Below are positions 54,051 through 63,931 of a stretch of 64,000 bases of DNA, one piece after another. This stretch comes from Candidatus Pullichristensenella sp. GTDB taxonomy: Bacteria > Bacillota > Clostridia > Christensenellales > Aristaeellaceae. How positions within the stretch are numbered: the first letter of the stretch is position 1; the number at the start of each line of letters is the position of its first letter. Both the position numbers and the translations under genes were made by a program. The notes under the pieces were generated by a model. It saw only the letters and a list, made by a program, of their open reading frames with translations. It made no database searches and was not told the origin of the DNA. Where the stretch lies: positions 190,373 through 254,372 of the forward strand of contig JAXGXF010000003.1 in the NCBI GenBank assembly GCA_040772885.1, read 5' to 3'.

Positions 54051-55172
54051 ATGCAGAAGAATTTCGCGCCTTCCGCCAAGAAGCGCCCGGACCGCGCGAC
54101 CTGGATTTCGGCGGGCATCATATTTTTCATCTACGTGGTCGTGTTCGCGCTCGAGCAGTTCATACCGCCGACGACGATGCTGTTCACCGTGCTCAAGAAG
54201 GGCGCGACCTACGCGCTCGTCGCGGTGTCGATGAACCTGCTGAACGGCTTTACGGGGCTGTTCTCGCTAGGACAGGCGGGCTTCATGCTGATCGGCGCGT
54301 ATGTGTACGCGATCTTCAGCATCCCCGGCGAGGTGCGCGCGCGCGTCTACCAGTATTTCACGCCGGCGATCAACTTCACGCTGCCGGTCATCCCGGCGAT
54401 GATCTTGGCCGGGCTCGTCGCGGCGCTGTTCGCGTTTTTGATCGGGCTCCCGGTGCTCCGGCTCAAGAGCGACTACCTCGCGATCGCGACGCTCGGCTTC
54501 GCGGAGATCGTCCGCGCGATCTTCCAGTGGAAGAAATTGGGCCCCGTCACGAACGGCTCGAACATGCTGAAGGACTACCCGACGTTCAACGACTTCAACA
54601 TCGTAAACGCGGAGGGGAAGGTCGTACTGTACCTCTCGACGCTTCTGCCGTTTGTGATCGCGGGCGTGTGCATCGGCATCATCATGCTTCTGATCAACTC
54701 GACCTACGGCCGCTCGTTCAAGGCGATCCGCGACGACGAGGTCGCCGCCGAGGCGATGGGCGTCAACCTCGCGCGCCACAAGCAGCTCGCGTTCGCGATC
54801 AGCTCATTCTTCGCCGGCGTCGGCGGCGCGATGCTCGCGATGTTCACAAACACCGTGCAGGCCAAGGGCTTCACCTCGGCGATGACCTACGAAATCCTGT
54901 TGATCGTGGTGCTCGGCGGCATCGGGTCGGTGTCGGGAAGCTGCATAAGCGCGTTCCTGTTCGTCGCGTGCTCCGAGTGGTGGCTGCGCTTTCTCGACCA
55001 GAAGCAGGTGATCGGCACGTTCGAGGTGCCGCTGCTTCGCAACGGCTTCCGGCTGGTCGTGTTCTCGGTGATCATCATGGTCGTGGTGCTGTTCTACCGC
55101 CAGGGCATGATGGGCATGCGCGAGCTCCCGGACCTGTTCCGCAAAAAGCGCGGAAAGGAGGCCGCAAAATGA
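54051..55172 (+). CDS. livM: branched-chain amino acid ABC permease LivM
   Basis: NLLNGFTGLFSLGQAGFMLIGAY. Confidence 0.9.
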   Translation: MQKNFAPSAKKRPDRATWISAGIIFFIYVVVFALEQFIPPTTMLFTVLKKGATYALVAVSMNLLNGFTGLFSLGQAGFMLIGAYVYAIFSIPGEVRARVYQYFTPAINFTLPVIPAMILAGLVAALFAFLIGLPVLRLKSDYLAIATLGFAEIVRAIFQWKKLGPVTNGSNMLKDYPTFNDFNIVNAEGKVVLYLSTLLPFVIAGVCIGIIMLLINSTYGRSFKAIRDDEVAAEAMGVNLARHKQLAFAISSFFAGVGGAMLAMFTNTVQAKGFTSAMTYEILLIVVLGGIGSVSGSCISAFLFVACSEWWLRFLDQKQVIGTFEVPLLRNGFRLVVFSVIIMVVVLFYRQGMMGMRELPDLFRKKRGKEAAK

Positions 55173-56008
55173 GCGAGACCGTGCTTCGGCTAAACGACGT
55201 GACGATGCAGTTCGGCGGCGTCGTCGCGGTCAACAATTTGACGATGGAGGTCCGCCGCGGCGAGATCGTCGCACTGATCGGGCCGAACGGCGCCGGAAAG
55301 ACGACCGCGTTCAACTGCGTGACCGGCGTCTACGAGCCGACGAACGGCGAGGTCTGGTTCGGGAATACGCTGATCGCGTCGAACCACCCGTCGGGCAAGA
55401 TGAAGAAGCTCTACGCCGGCGAGAACGCCGGAAAGTACGAAAAGGTCGTCAAGATCACGCCCGACCGCATCACGAAGATGGGCATCGCGCGCACGTTCCA
55501 GAACATACGTTTGTTCAAGACGCAGACCGTGTTCGAAAACGTGCTGATCGCGACGCACCTTCGAAAGACCAGCAATTTGTTCTCGGCGACGTTCCGGGTA
55601 AACGCCAGGGAGGAGCGGAGGATGCGCGAGGAGGCGCTGAGGCTGCTCGACGTCGTGGGGCTCTTGAGCGTCCGGGACGAGAAGGCGACGTCGCTTCCCT
55701 ACGGCAAGCAGCGGCGCCTCGAGATCGCGCGCGCGCTCGCGACCGGGCCGAGCCTCCTCCTGCTCGACGAGCCGGCCGCCGGCATGAACCCGCAGGAGAC
55801 CGACGACCTCGGCCGCTTCATCCGCCGGATCAAGGACGAGTTCCGCCTGACGGTGTTCATGATCGAGCACCACATGAACCTCGTCATGGACATTTCGGAC
55901 AGAATCTACGTGATCGACTTCGGGAAGCTGATCGCCGACGGCACGCCCGCCGAGGTGCAGGGGAACCCGGAGGTCATTCAGGCGTATCTGGGGGTGGACG
56001 AGGAATGA
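55169..56008 (+). CDS. livG: branched-chain amino acid ABC ATP-binding protein LivG
   Basis: The ATGA start overlaps the livM stop. GPNGAGKTT and LPYGKQRRLEIARAL are present. Confidence 0.93.
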   Translation: MSETVLRLNDVTMQFGGVVAVNNLTMEVRRGEIVALIGPNGAGKTTAFNCVTGVYEPTNGEVWFGNTLIASNHPSGKMKKLYAGENAGKYEKVVKITPDRITKMGIARTFQNIRLFKTQTVFENVLIATHLRKTSNLFSATFRVNAREERRMREEALRLLDVVGLLSVRDEKATSLPYGKQRRLEIARALATGPSLLLLDEPAAGMNPQETDDLGRFIRRIKDEFRLTVFMIEHHMNLVMDISDRIYVIDFGKLIADGTPAEVQGNPEVIQAYLGVDEE

Positions 56009-56730
56009 GCCTTCTGAAGGTGACGGACCTGAAGGTCAGCTACGGCGGCATCGAGGCGCTCAAGGGCATATCGTTCGCGGTCGAGGAGGGGCAGATCGTG
56101 ACCCTGATCGGCGCGAACGGCGCCGGAAAATCGACGACGCTGCGCTCGATCAGCGGCATCGTGCCGATCCGCTCCGGGAAGATCGAGTTTGGCGGCGAGG
56201 ACATCACGGGCAAGGACCCGCAGAAGATCGTCGCGAAGGGCATCGCGCTCGTCCCCGAGGGGCGGCGCGTGTTTCCGAACCTGACGGTGCTCGAAAACCT
56301 CAGGATCGGCGCGTACCTGCGCACCGACGAGGACGCGATCGAGCGCGACAGCGCGCACGTGTTCGAGGTGTTCCCCCGGCTCAAGGAGCGCCATTGGCAG
56401 ATGGCCGGCACGCTCTCCGGCGGCGAACAGCAGATGCTGGCCGTCGGCCGCGCGATGATGGCGAGGCCGAAGCTGATGATGATGGACGAGCCGTCGCTCG
56501 GGCTCGCGCCGCTGGTCGTGCGGGACATCTTCCAGATCATCCGGCAGTTGAGCGACGAGGGGATCACGATCCTTTTGATCGAGCAGAACGCGAACGCGGC
56601 GCTTCGCTGCGCGAACTACGGATACGTGCTCGAGACCGGCTCGATCGCGCTCTCCGGCGAGGGCGCGGTGCTGTTGGAAAATCCGAGGGTCAGGGACGCG
56701 TATTTGGGAGAGGCGAAGAGCAAAAAGTGA
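56005..56730 (+). CDS. livF: branched-chain amino acid ABC ATP-binding protein LivF
   Basis: ATGA overlap with the upstream gene. GANGAGKST and LSGGEQQMLAVGRAM are present. Confidence 0.93.
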   Translation: MSLLKVTDLKVSYGGIEALKGISFAVEEGQIVTLIGANGAGKSTTLRSISGIVPIRSGKIEFGGEDITGKDPQKIVAKGIALVPEGRRVFPNLTVLENLRIGAYLRTDEDAIERDSAHVFEVFPRLKERHWQMAGTLSGGEQQMLAVGRAMMARPKLMMMDEPSLGLAPLVVRDIFQIIRQLSDEGITILLIEQNANAALRCANYGYVLETGSIALSGEGAVLLENPRVRDAYLGEAKSKK

Positions 56731-56743
56731 TCCCAAGACACCG

Positions 56744-56771
56744 ACAGGGGCCGAAAGGCTCCTGTTTTTTT
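56744..56771 (+). terminator. intrinsic terminator after livF
   Basis: ACAGGGGCC-GAAA-GGCTCCTGT followed by a T-run. Confidence 0.7.
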
Positions 56772-57038
56772 CCCTGAAAAAACCACAAACCATTCTCTGC
56801 GCGTTCACAGGCCGTTCAAGGGTGGCTGATACAATCCGCACAGGTCCAGACAGAAAGGATGATTTTGATGGCATGCGGTCGAAAACCGCATGTATTTTTA
56901 TACAAACCTCCATTTCTGCGAAAAATGGAGGTTTTCCATTCGAAAAGTGAAACATTTAACATAAAATTCCTGCACATCCGCCGGCTTCTTGCTATAATGA
57001 TGGGCATACCGTCGGAAAAAATGCAGGGGGGCGTCACG

Positions 57039-58607
57039 ATGAATCACGACACGGTACAAAACCTCATCGCCATGATCGGCTACATGGCGATCGTCATCGG
57101 CATCGGGCTCTACTTTTCGAAGCGGTCGAACCGGTCGAGCGAGGAGTACTTCCTGGGCGGCCGCTCGCTCGGGCCGTGGGTCGCGGCGATGAGCGCGGAG
57201 GCGTCGGACATGAGCGGCTGGCTGCTGATGGGTCTCCCGGGCGTCGCCTACTGGTGCGGGTTCTCGGACGCCGCGTGGACGGCGATCGGGCTGGCGCTGG
57301 GCACCTACCTCAACTGGCTGTTCGTCGCGAAGCGGCTGCGCAGCTACTCGGTCGTCGCCGGGAACGCCATCACGATCCCGGACTTCTTCTCGAACCGGTT
57401 CCGGGAGAAGCGCAAGGTCATCATGACGATCGCGTCGCTGTTCATTCTGATCTTCTTTACGGTGTACGCGTCGAGCTGCTTTGTCACCTGCGGGAAGCTC
57501 TTCAGCACGATGTTCGGGCAGAGCTACCGCACGATGATGATCGCGGGCGCGGTGTTCGTCCTGATCTACACGTTTCTCGGCGGCTTCCTCGCCGAGAGCG
57601 CGAGCGACTTCATGCAGGCGGTCGTCATGATCTTCGCGCTGTCGGTCGTGCTGATCGCGGGCGTCGCCTCCGCGGGCGGGTTCGGCGCGGTCGTCGAAAA
57701 CGCGAGGGCGATTCCCGGGTTCTTCACGTTCTTCGGCATCGCGAGTCCGACGGTCGGCGCGAACGGCGCGCAGATGATCTCCGAGGCCGGCGCCCCGCTG
57801 TTCGGCGCGGCGGGGAGTTACGGGCTTTTGACGATCATCTCGACGATGTCCTGGGGCCTCGGCTACTTCGGCATGCCGCAGGTGCTTTTGCGGTTCATGG
57901 CGATCCGCAAGCGCAGCGAGCTCGTGAAGTCGCGCCGCATCGCGACGGTCTGGGTCGTGATCTCGCTCGGGGCGGCGGTACTGATCGGCATCGTCGGCCG
58001 CGCGATGTTCCCGGTGCACGCGGTGCTCAACACCGCCTCCGGCGCGGAAAACGTGTTCATCGTGCTCTCGCAGACGCTGTTCCCGCCGCTTGTCGCCGGC
58101 ATCATCATGGCCGGCATACTCGCGGCGACGATCAGCTCGTCCGACTCGTACCTCCTGATCGCCGCGAGCGCGTTCTCGCTGAACATCTTCAAGAGCATCA
58201 TGAAGAAGGACGCCACCGACAAGCAGGTCATGATGATGTCGCGCGTCGTGCTCCTGGCGATCGCCCTGATCGGCGTCGCGATCGCGCTCGACGAAAACAG
58301 CGTGATCTTCACGATCGTGTCGTTCGCGTGGGCGGGCTTCGGCGCGGTGTTCGGGCCGATCATGCTGTTCTCGCTGTTCTGGAAGCGCACGAATTACGCG
58401 GGCGCCGTCGCCGGCATGCTCGCGGGCGGCGGCATGGTGTTCCTGTGGAAGCTCGCGATACGCCCGCTGGGCGGCGTGCTCGGCATCTACGAGCTGTTCC
58501 CGGCATTCGTCGTGAGCGCAATCGCGATCGTAATCGTGTCGCTTTTGACGAAGAAGCCGGACAAGGAGATGCTCCGGGAGTTCGAGCTCGCGAGGCAGGG
58601 GAACTGA
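57039..58607 (+). CDS. putP: sodium:proline symporter PutP (SSS family)
   Basis: The ORF is trimmed to the ATG at 57039. GGRSLGPWVAAMSAEASDMSGWLLMGLPG is present. An extended -10 TGCTATAAT lies at 56990..56998. Confidence 0.88.
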   Translation: MNHDTVQNLIAMIGYMAIVIGIGLYFSKRSNRSSEEYFLGGRSLGPWVAAMSAEASDMSGWLLMGLPGVAYWCGFSDAAWTAIGLALGTYLNWLFVAKRLRSYSVVAGNAITIPDFFSNRFREKRKVIMTIASLFILIFFTVYASSCFVTCGKLFSTMFGQSYRTMMIAGAVFVLIYTFLGGFLAESASDFMQAVVMIFALSVVLIAGVASAGGFGAVVENARAIPGFFTFFGIASPTVGANGAQMISEAGAPLFGAAGSYGLLTIISTMSWGLGYFGMPQVLLRFMAIRKRSELVKSRRIATVWVVISLGAAVLIGIVGRAMFPVHAVLNTASGAENVFIVLSQTLFPPLVAGIIMAGILAATISSSDSYLLIAASAFSLNIFKSIMKKDATDKQVMMMSRVVLLAIALIGVAIALDENSVIFTIVSFAWAGFGAVFGPIMLFSLFWKRTNYAGAVAGMLAGGGMVFLWKLAIRPLGGVLGIYELFPAFVVSAIAIVIVSLLTKKPDKEMLREFELARQGN

Positions 58608-58619
58608 AAGAAGGGTTCT

Positions 58620-58648
58620 GCGGCGATCCGGGTCGGGTCGCCGCTTTT
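58620..58648 (+). terminator. intrinsic terminator after putP
   Basis: GCGGCGA-loop-TCGCCGC followed by TTTT. Confidence 0.7.
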
Positions 58649-58650
58649 CC

Positions 58651-58679
58651 TTGACATTTTTTGGGACACGCACTATAAT
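58651..58679 (+). promoter_or_regulatory. consensus sigma-A promoter
   Basis: TTGACA (58651..58656), a 17-nt spacer, then TATAAT (58674..58679). Confidence 0.7.
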
Positions 58680-58822
58680 CTGTGTTGAATTTTCGAGCCG
58701 AAGGCTGCGGCGGCGCCCGGGGTCGGCGTGACAATCCTTGATTGACCGGAGCACGGAACCCGCGCCCTCCGGCAATCGTCCAACGGGAGAGCGCGCAAAG
58801 CGCCGGGAATCGAGGAGAGCGC

Positions 58823-60250
58823 ATGGCTGACAGGAGAGACGCGCGGGAGGGGATCCCTCCCCGGAGGATGTACGGAAGCGCCCGGATGTCCGGCGGGCAT
58901 TCCCCGCGCAGGGGGAGGCCGCCCATCGGGTTGATATGGACGCTCGCGGCGATGCTCGTGCTCGCCGCCGTCGCCGTTGTGCTGCTCGTCGGCCGTCCGA
59001 AGCCCGCGGCGGACGACCCGGTCGCGCCCGCCGTGGCGGAGCTGCCCGCGATCGGCCTTGCCGCGCGCGTCAGCGCGCCCCCGTCCGCGGAGCCGAAGGG
59101 GACGGCCGAGCCGCGGTTCTCCGAGGACTTCGGCGAGGGAATGCCCATCGACGAGGGCGAAGCGGGGGGCGAGAGCCTGACCGACGACAGCTACCGCGAG
59201 GACGAGGTCGTCGGCGCGCGCCCGACCGCCGCGCCGGGCGGGTATCTGCCGATCTTCTCGAAGGCCAAGACCGGGGAGAAGATCATCGCGATCACGGTCG
59301 ACGACTGCAACCAGACGGAAAACCTCGACGGGATCGTCGACTGCGCGGTTCAGAACGGCGGGAAGCTGACGATCTTCCCGATCGGCAAGAACCTCGCGCG
59401 CGAGGGCCTGCAGGAGGTCATCCGCGAGGCGCACTCGCTCGGCATGGAGCTCGAGAACCACTCGTACAGCCACTCGAAGTTCTACACGCTGACCGCCGAG
59501 GAGATGGCGAAGGAAATCTACAACCAGAACCGCGCCGTCAGCTATGTGCTCGGCGTCAATTACCGGATGCATTTCATGCGCACGCGCGGCGGCGACAACC
59601 GGCGCGACCTGCGCACGCATCAATATATTCAAAAGCTCGGCTACTACGGCATGGCGCACTGGTCGATGAACGGCTCAAACACCGCGGTCGAAAAGCTCAA
59701 GTCGACCATCGCGCCGGGCAACATCTACCTGTTCCACACGACCGACTCGGACCTCGCGAAGCTGCTCGAGTTCATCCCGTACGCGCGCGCGCAGGGGTAC
59801 AAAATGGTGACGCTCAATGAGATGTTCGGCTACCCCGCGAACGAGGAGAGCCCGATCACGACGCCGGTGAAGGAACTCCCGGTGCCCGAGCCCGACCCGT
59901 ACGTGTACGAGTACAAGCTGCTGAAGCGCGGCGACTATCTCTGGGACGTGTACCTGTTGCAGCAGCGGCTGATCGAGCTCGGCTGGCTCAAGGGCACCCC
60001 CGACGGCGACTACGGCAAGAGCACGTACATGGCGATCGGCTATTTCCAGCTCGCCGCGGGCATCAAGGCCGACGGAAAGGCCTCGCCCGAGACACAGGAG
60101 GCGCTGTTTTCCGAAACCGCGTTTCGGAGCCTCGACGGGAAGAAGCCCGTCGGCGGCACGGCGACCGTCGACCCGAACGCCCCGATCGCGACGACCGCGC
60201 CGCGCGTGACGCAGAAGCCGGTCGACATCGACATGACGGTGTTCGACTGA
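58823..60250 (+). CDS. polysaccharide deacetylase (NodB family) with TM anchor and C-terminal peptidoglycan-binding domain
   Basis: The ORF is trimmed to the ATG at 58823 behind GAGGAGAGCGC. IAITVDDCNQ and ELENHSYSH are NodB-type motifs. The C-terminus LLQQRLIELGWLKGTPDGDYGKST is PG-binding-like. Confidence 0.83.
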   Translation: MADRRDAREGIPPRRMYGSARMSGGHSPRRGRPPIGLIWTLAAMLVLAAVAVVLLVGRPKPAADDPVAPAVAELPAIGLAARVSAPPSAEPKGTAEPRFSEDFGEGMPIDEGEAGGESLTDDSYREDEVVGARPTAAPGGYLPIFSKAKTGEKIIAITVDDCNQTENLDGIVDCAVQNGGKLTIFPIGKNLAREGLQEVIREAHSLGMELENHSYSHSKFYTLTAEEMAKEIYNQNRAVSYVLGVNYRMHFMRTRGGDNRRDLRTHQYIQKLGYYGMAHWSMNGSNTAVEKLKSTIAPGNIYLFHTTDSDLAKLLEFIPYARAQGYKMVTLNEMFGYPANEESPITTPVKELPVPEPDPYVYEYKLLKRGDYLWDVYLLQQRLIELGWLKGTPDGDYGKSTYMAIGYFQLAAGIKADGKASPETQEALFSETAFRSLDGKKPVGGTATVDPNAPIATTAPRVTQKPVDIDMTVFD

Positions 60251-60256
60251 TTCCCC

Positions 60257-60286
60257 GGGGCCGGACCTCTCCGGCTCCGTTTTTTT
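60257..60286 (+). terminator. intrinsic terminator
   Basis: GGGGCCGGA-CCTC-TCCGGCTCC followed by GTTTTTTT. Confidence 0.7.
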
Positions 60287-60356
60287 GTGTTAAATTTTTC
60301 ACCGCGCGCAGCTTTTGGGGCTCCGCGCGGTTGTTATCGGTGAAGGGGGTGGGCAG

Positions 60357-60842
60357 ATGGACGGCCGGCCGATCGGGACCGACGGGGATGTGCGCGAGAT
60401 TGTCGAGCGATATGCGAGGATGCTCTTCCGCCTGGCTTATGCGCGCACGCGCAACCGCATGGACGCGGAGGACATCTGCCAGGAGGCGATTTTGAAGCTC
60501 GTGGCGCGAAACCCGGCGTTCAAAGGCGAGGAGCACCGCAAGGCCTGGCTGATCCGGACGACGCTGAACCTGTCGGCGAACCTCAGGAGGGGGCGTTCGC
60601 GCGACGTGCCGCTCGCGGAGGACGTGCCCTCGGAGGACGCGCATACTTCCGCGCTCAGCGAGGCGCTCTCGGCGCTTCCGGGCAGGGACAGGGCGGTTCT
60701 CCACCTGTTCTACTATGTGGGGATGACCGCGGAGGAGATCGGCCGGGCGCTTCGGCGCAGGCCGTCGACCGTCCGGGCGCAGCTGACGCGCGCGCGGCGG
60801 AGGCTGAAGGACATCATCGAGGGGGGGAGCGCGGATGTTTAG
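60357..60842 (+). CDS. ECF-type RNA polymerase sigma factor
   Basis: The ORF is trimmed to the ATG at 60357. Region 2 is DAEDICQEAILKL and region 4 is MTAEEIGRALRRRPSTVRAQLTRARRRL. Confidence 0.88.
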   Translation: MDGRPIGTDGDVREIVERYARMLFRLAYARTRNRMDAEDICQEAILKLVARNPAFKGEEHRKAWLIRTTLNLSANLRRGRSRDVPLAEDVPSEDAHTSALSEALSALPGRDRAVLHLFYYVGMTAEEIGRALRRRPSTVRAQLTRARRRLKDIIEGGSADV

Positions 60843-62196
60843 GGACGAATACGCGAAGTGGGTCGAGCGCGCGCCGCTTCCGCCGGGGTTCGCGGAGAGG
60901 CTCGCGCGGGTGGCCGTCGAAAAGCGCCGCGCGGCGCAGGCCGCCCGGCCGCGGAGGGCGGCGCTCGCGCTGGCGGCGATCCTTCTCGCGCTGCTGCTCG
61001 CGGGGGCGGCGCTCGCCGCGGCGAAGCTCGGCATGCTCGGGAAGATATTCGAGGAGCGCGGCGCGGACGAGGAGGCCGCCGCGCGCGTGCAGGAGCTGGG
61101 CGTTGAGGGCGGCGGGGAAATCCTCCGCGCCGCGTTCGGGGACGCGATCTGGGAGGGAAACGACCTGTACGTGTCGTTCACGGCCTCGGTTCCGGACGAC
61201 GGGAACACGTATCTGCTGGCGCTTATGCCGCCGGCGCGGGGCGGGAAGATGGTGGACTTCGCGACGGGGATGTACCTGTACTACGACATACCGATCGCGT
61301 TCGCGCTGGGCGGGGACGGGCCGACGGAGCTTTCGCAGCTGATGCACCTCGTCCCCGGCGACGCGGACGGGTCGAAGCCGTTCGAGCTCGCGATGGACGT
61401 GGTGCTGCTGCGCGCGTACAAGGAGGTCGTGGGCATTCCCCACATGGAGTTCTACGCGCAGATGACCGAGGAAGCCTCCTCCGCGATCGGAGACGAGTCG
61501 AGCTCCGAGGTGGTGCAGCCCGAGGCCGACGACAGGCTGTACTACGCCAAGTCGGACGAAGACACCGATCGCTCGATCGATCTGCGCCACCGCCGGGACG
61601 TGTTCGATTACATCGAGCGCAAGAAGGCCGAGTTCCGCGAGGAGAACCCGCCGAGGCTGAAGCCCGTCGACCCGTCGCTCTACTTCGGTCCCGAGTACGA
61701 GGAGGTCCGGTACGACGACTTCCTGATCGGAGCGGAGATGCTCGAGGAGCTGGGCATCGGCGAAAAGGTCGACGCGGCGGAGCTGAAGGCGACGGTCTAT
61801 CCGAGCGCCGGCGCGAGGAAGGTCGCGGAGCAGAGGGCGATCGAGGGGAACGGATTTACCGCGAAAATCGCCTCGTTCGAGATGACGCACCTGGGAATCC
61901 AATATGCCGTGGAAATCTACCCGGACGGCGGCGCGTTCGCGGCGTTTGAGGAGCTGGTGCCGGCGCAGGTCGACAAACTGCCGCCGTTCGCCGCCGACAT
62001 GAGCTGGTGGGGCTCGATCGGGGAATGCCTCGGCGAGGACGGCGCGCGGGGCACGGAATACGAATACGACTTCCGGGGAATCCTCCCGACGATCCCGGAG
62101 AAGATACGGCTCGTTCCGGTGCGGTGCGCGGGAGAGGGCCGGCCGCCCGAATACCTGACGGAGTACGCGCTCGAGCTGACGCTCGTCGACGGCTGA
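60835..62196 (+). CDS. putative anti-sigma factor (single-pass membrane protein, DUF4179-like layout)
   Basis: It overlaps the sigma gene by 8 nt. A short cytoplasmic N-terminus is followed by the TM helix ALALAAILLALLLAGAALAAA and a large extracytoplasmic domain. No ZAS motif is present. Confidence 0.55.
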   Translation: MFRDEYAKWVERAPLPPGFAERLARVAVEKRRAAQAARPRRAALALAAILLALLLAGAALAAAKLGMLGKIFEERGADEEAAARVQELGVEGGGEILRAAFGDAIWEGNDLYVSFTASVPDDGNTYLLALMPPARGGKMVDFATGMYLYYDIPIAFALGGDGPTELSQLMHLVPGDADGSKPFELAMDVVLLRAYKEVVGIPHMEFYAQMTEEASSAIGDESSSEVVQPEADDRLYYAKSDEDTDRSIDLRHRRDVFDYIERKKAEFREENPPRLKPVDPSLYFGPEYEEVRYDDFLIGAEMLEELGIGEKVDAAELKATVYPSAGARKVAEQRAIEGNGFTAKIASFEMTHLGIQYAVEIYPDGGAFAAFEELVPAQVDKLPPFAADMSWWGSIGECLGEDGARGTEYEYDFRGILPTIPEKIRLVPVRCAGEGRPPEYLTEYALELTLVDG

Positions 62197-62216
62197 ACCG
62201 AACGATTTTGAGGAAG

Positions 62217-62253
62217 CATGCGGGGTCGGACGCGTTCGATCCCGCATGTTTTT
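62217..62253 (+). terminator. intrinsic terminator
   Basis: CATGCGGG-16 nt-CCCGCATG followed by TTTTT. Confidence 0.65.
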
Positions 62254-62261
62254 CGCGTTTC

Positions 62262-62290
62262 TTGCATATTTGTTAGGTTTGTGCTATACT
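62262..62290 (+). promoter_or_regulatory. sigma-A promoter with extended -10
   Basis: TTGCAT (62262..62267), a 17-nt spacer, then TGCTATACT (TATACT at 62285..62290). Confidence 0.6.
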
Positions 62291-62471
62291 GGTGTACGGG
62301 ACAATCATGGAACCCCGGTTTTTTCCCAGTATGCGCGGGAGGGATTTGCGGAAGTTTTCACAAAAGCCTATGGAGTCGCGTGATCGGGGAATGCCGCGGG
62401 ACGTCCGCGCGCCGCGCACGCGACTTTTTGCGCGTCTGCGCATGCCCGACGATCGAAAGGAGGCAGACCGC

Positions 62472-63713
62472 ATGGAACGCTTGGCGACGAGGGTCGGAAT
62501 CGGATTCGCGACGGGGAGGAAGAGCTTTCAGAACGTGCTCCGCTCCTACGTGTTTCACCTGGAGGAGTCGAAGTTTCCGCTGGAGAGCGGCGTGAGCCTG
62601 AACCTGTTTGTGGCGTTCGACCCGGCGTATTCCGGAACAAAACGGGAAGACTACGAGGAGATCGAGCCGCGCGTCCGGCGCTGGTTCGACGAGGTGTTCT
62701 TCTTCTCGCCCGAGGACGTCAAGAGGGAGGCGGAGAAGCTCGCAGGGCTCGGAATCGTCCCGGCCGGGGAGGCGCGGCTGTGCTTCGGAAACGGCTACGC
62801 CGCGCAGCGCAACATCGTGCTCTACCAGGCGCTCAGGCAGAAGATGGACTACCTGATCTTCTTCGACGACGACGAATATCCGATGGCGGTCACGAACTCC
62901 GACACGTCCGGCGTCGCGCTCTGGAGCGGCCAGCGCGTGATCGAGACGCACGTGAAGTACCTGCAGTTTTCCGACGTCACGAACGGCTACCACTGCGGCT
63001 ACCTGTCGCCGCTGCCGTCTTTGGAGCTCGACGGCATACTCGACGAGCGCGCGTTTCGGAAGTTCGTCGAGGCGATGTCCAGCGACGTGCTCAAGTGGGA
63101 GGACGTCAAGGAGGTCATGCAGAACGGCGGCGTGACCTACGCGGACAAGACGGTCATCACGCAGTCTGCCCCGCAATTGGTCGAGGCGGTCAACGGCGCG
63201 AAGTTCATCACCGGCGGCAACCTCGGGTTCAACCTGACGAACCCCCAGAAGGTCGCGCCGTTCTACAACCCGCCCGGCGCGCGCGGCGAGGACAGCTTTC
63301 TGGGAACCTGCCTGGGCGATCACACGGTCAAGCGGATTCCCGCGTACACGTTCCACGACGGCTTCGCGCTCTACAGCAACCTGCTTCGGGGCGTGCTGCC
63401 GACGAACCTCAAGGGCATATCGCTCTACGATTCGCGCGAGGTCATCGGCCGGTTCCACCGCGCGTGCATCGGCTGGGTGCGCTATAAGCCGCTGTACATG
63501 CGCATCACGCACCCGGACACCTACCGGGAAATCCTCGAGGACGCCCGGAACGCGCTGCGCGAGAACATCCCCTCCGTCTGCGCGTACTTCAACGACCGCG
63601 CGTTTTACGACATCTTGACCGAGTTCGAGAGGTATACGGCGGATGCCGAGGCGCACCTCCGGGAGTTTCGGCGCGCGCGCGAGATCTGGGAGGCGATGAA
63701 GGCGGCGCTTTAA
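62472..63713 (+). CDS. GT-A-fold-like protein resembling the reversibly glycosylated polypeptide (GT75/RGP) family
   Basis: The ORF 62292..63713 is trimmed to the ATG at 62472 behind AAAGGAGG. CFGNGYAAQRNIVLYQALRQKMDYLIFFDDDEYP, ITGGNLGFNL and GARGEDSFLGTC recall the RGP motifs (CFGY...IDDDC, GMNLAF, RYDDMWAGWC) from memory. Confidence 0.55.
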   Translation: MERLATRVGIGFATGRKSFQNVLRSYVFHLEESKFPLESGVSLNLFVAFDPAYSGTKREDYEEIEPRVRRWFDEVFFFSPEDVKREAEKLAGLGIVPAGEARLCFGNGYAAQRNIVLYQALRQKMDYLIFFDDDEYPMAVTNSDTSGVALWSGQRVIETHVKYLQFSDVTNGYHCGYLSPLPSLELDGILDERAFRKFVEAMSSDVLKWEDVKEVMQNGGVTYADKTVITQSAPQLVEAVNGAKFITGGNLGFNLTNPQKVAPFYNPPGARGEDSFLGTCLGDHTVKRIPAYTFHDGFALYSNLLRGVLPTNLKGISLYDSREVIGRFHRACIGWVRYKPLYMRITHPDTYREILEDARNALRENIPSVCAYFNDRAFYDILTEFERYTADAEAHLREFRRAREIWEAMKAAL

Positions 63714-63931
63714 TGCCGATCCGGAATATCAATTCCCCGTCGCGCCGGGTCTTTTCGCGCAGAACTTTGTCGCTCTCCGCTCAACGCAGTCCCCCTGCTA
63801 CGCCTCGCTCCGGCTCCCGGTTCTGCATCGAAAATCCCTCGGCCCTTTGGAGAAATTAATATTCCTCCTTGGTATAAGAGGAAGTTTTACAATTCGAAGC
63901 AGGATTGTAAACCTTCATAACGCCAATTCCC

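Noticed and set aside
62292-62471. In-frame 60-codon extension of the RGP-like ORF
   Set aside because: The extension would begin inside the promoter's -10 region. It is Arg-rich, and the only strong RBS precedes 62472. It is treated as a leader, although an upstream start cannot be fully excluded.
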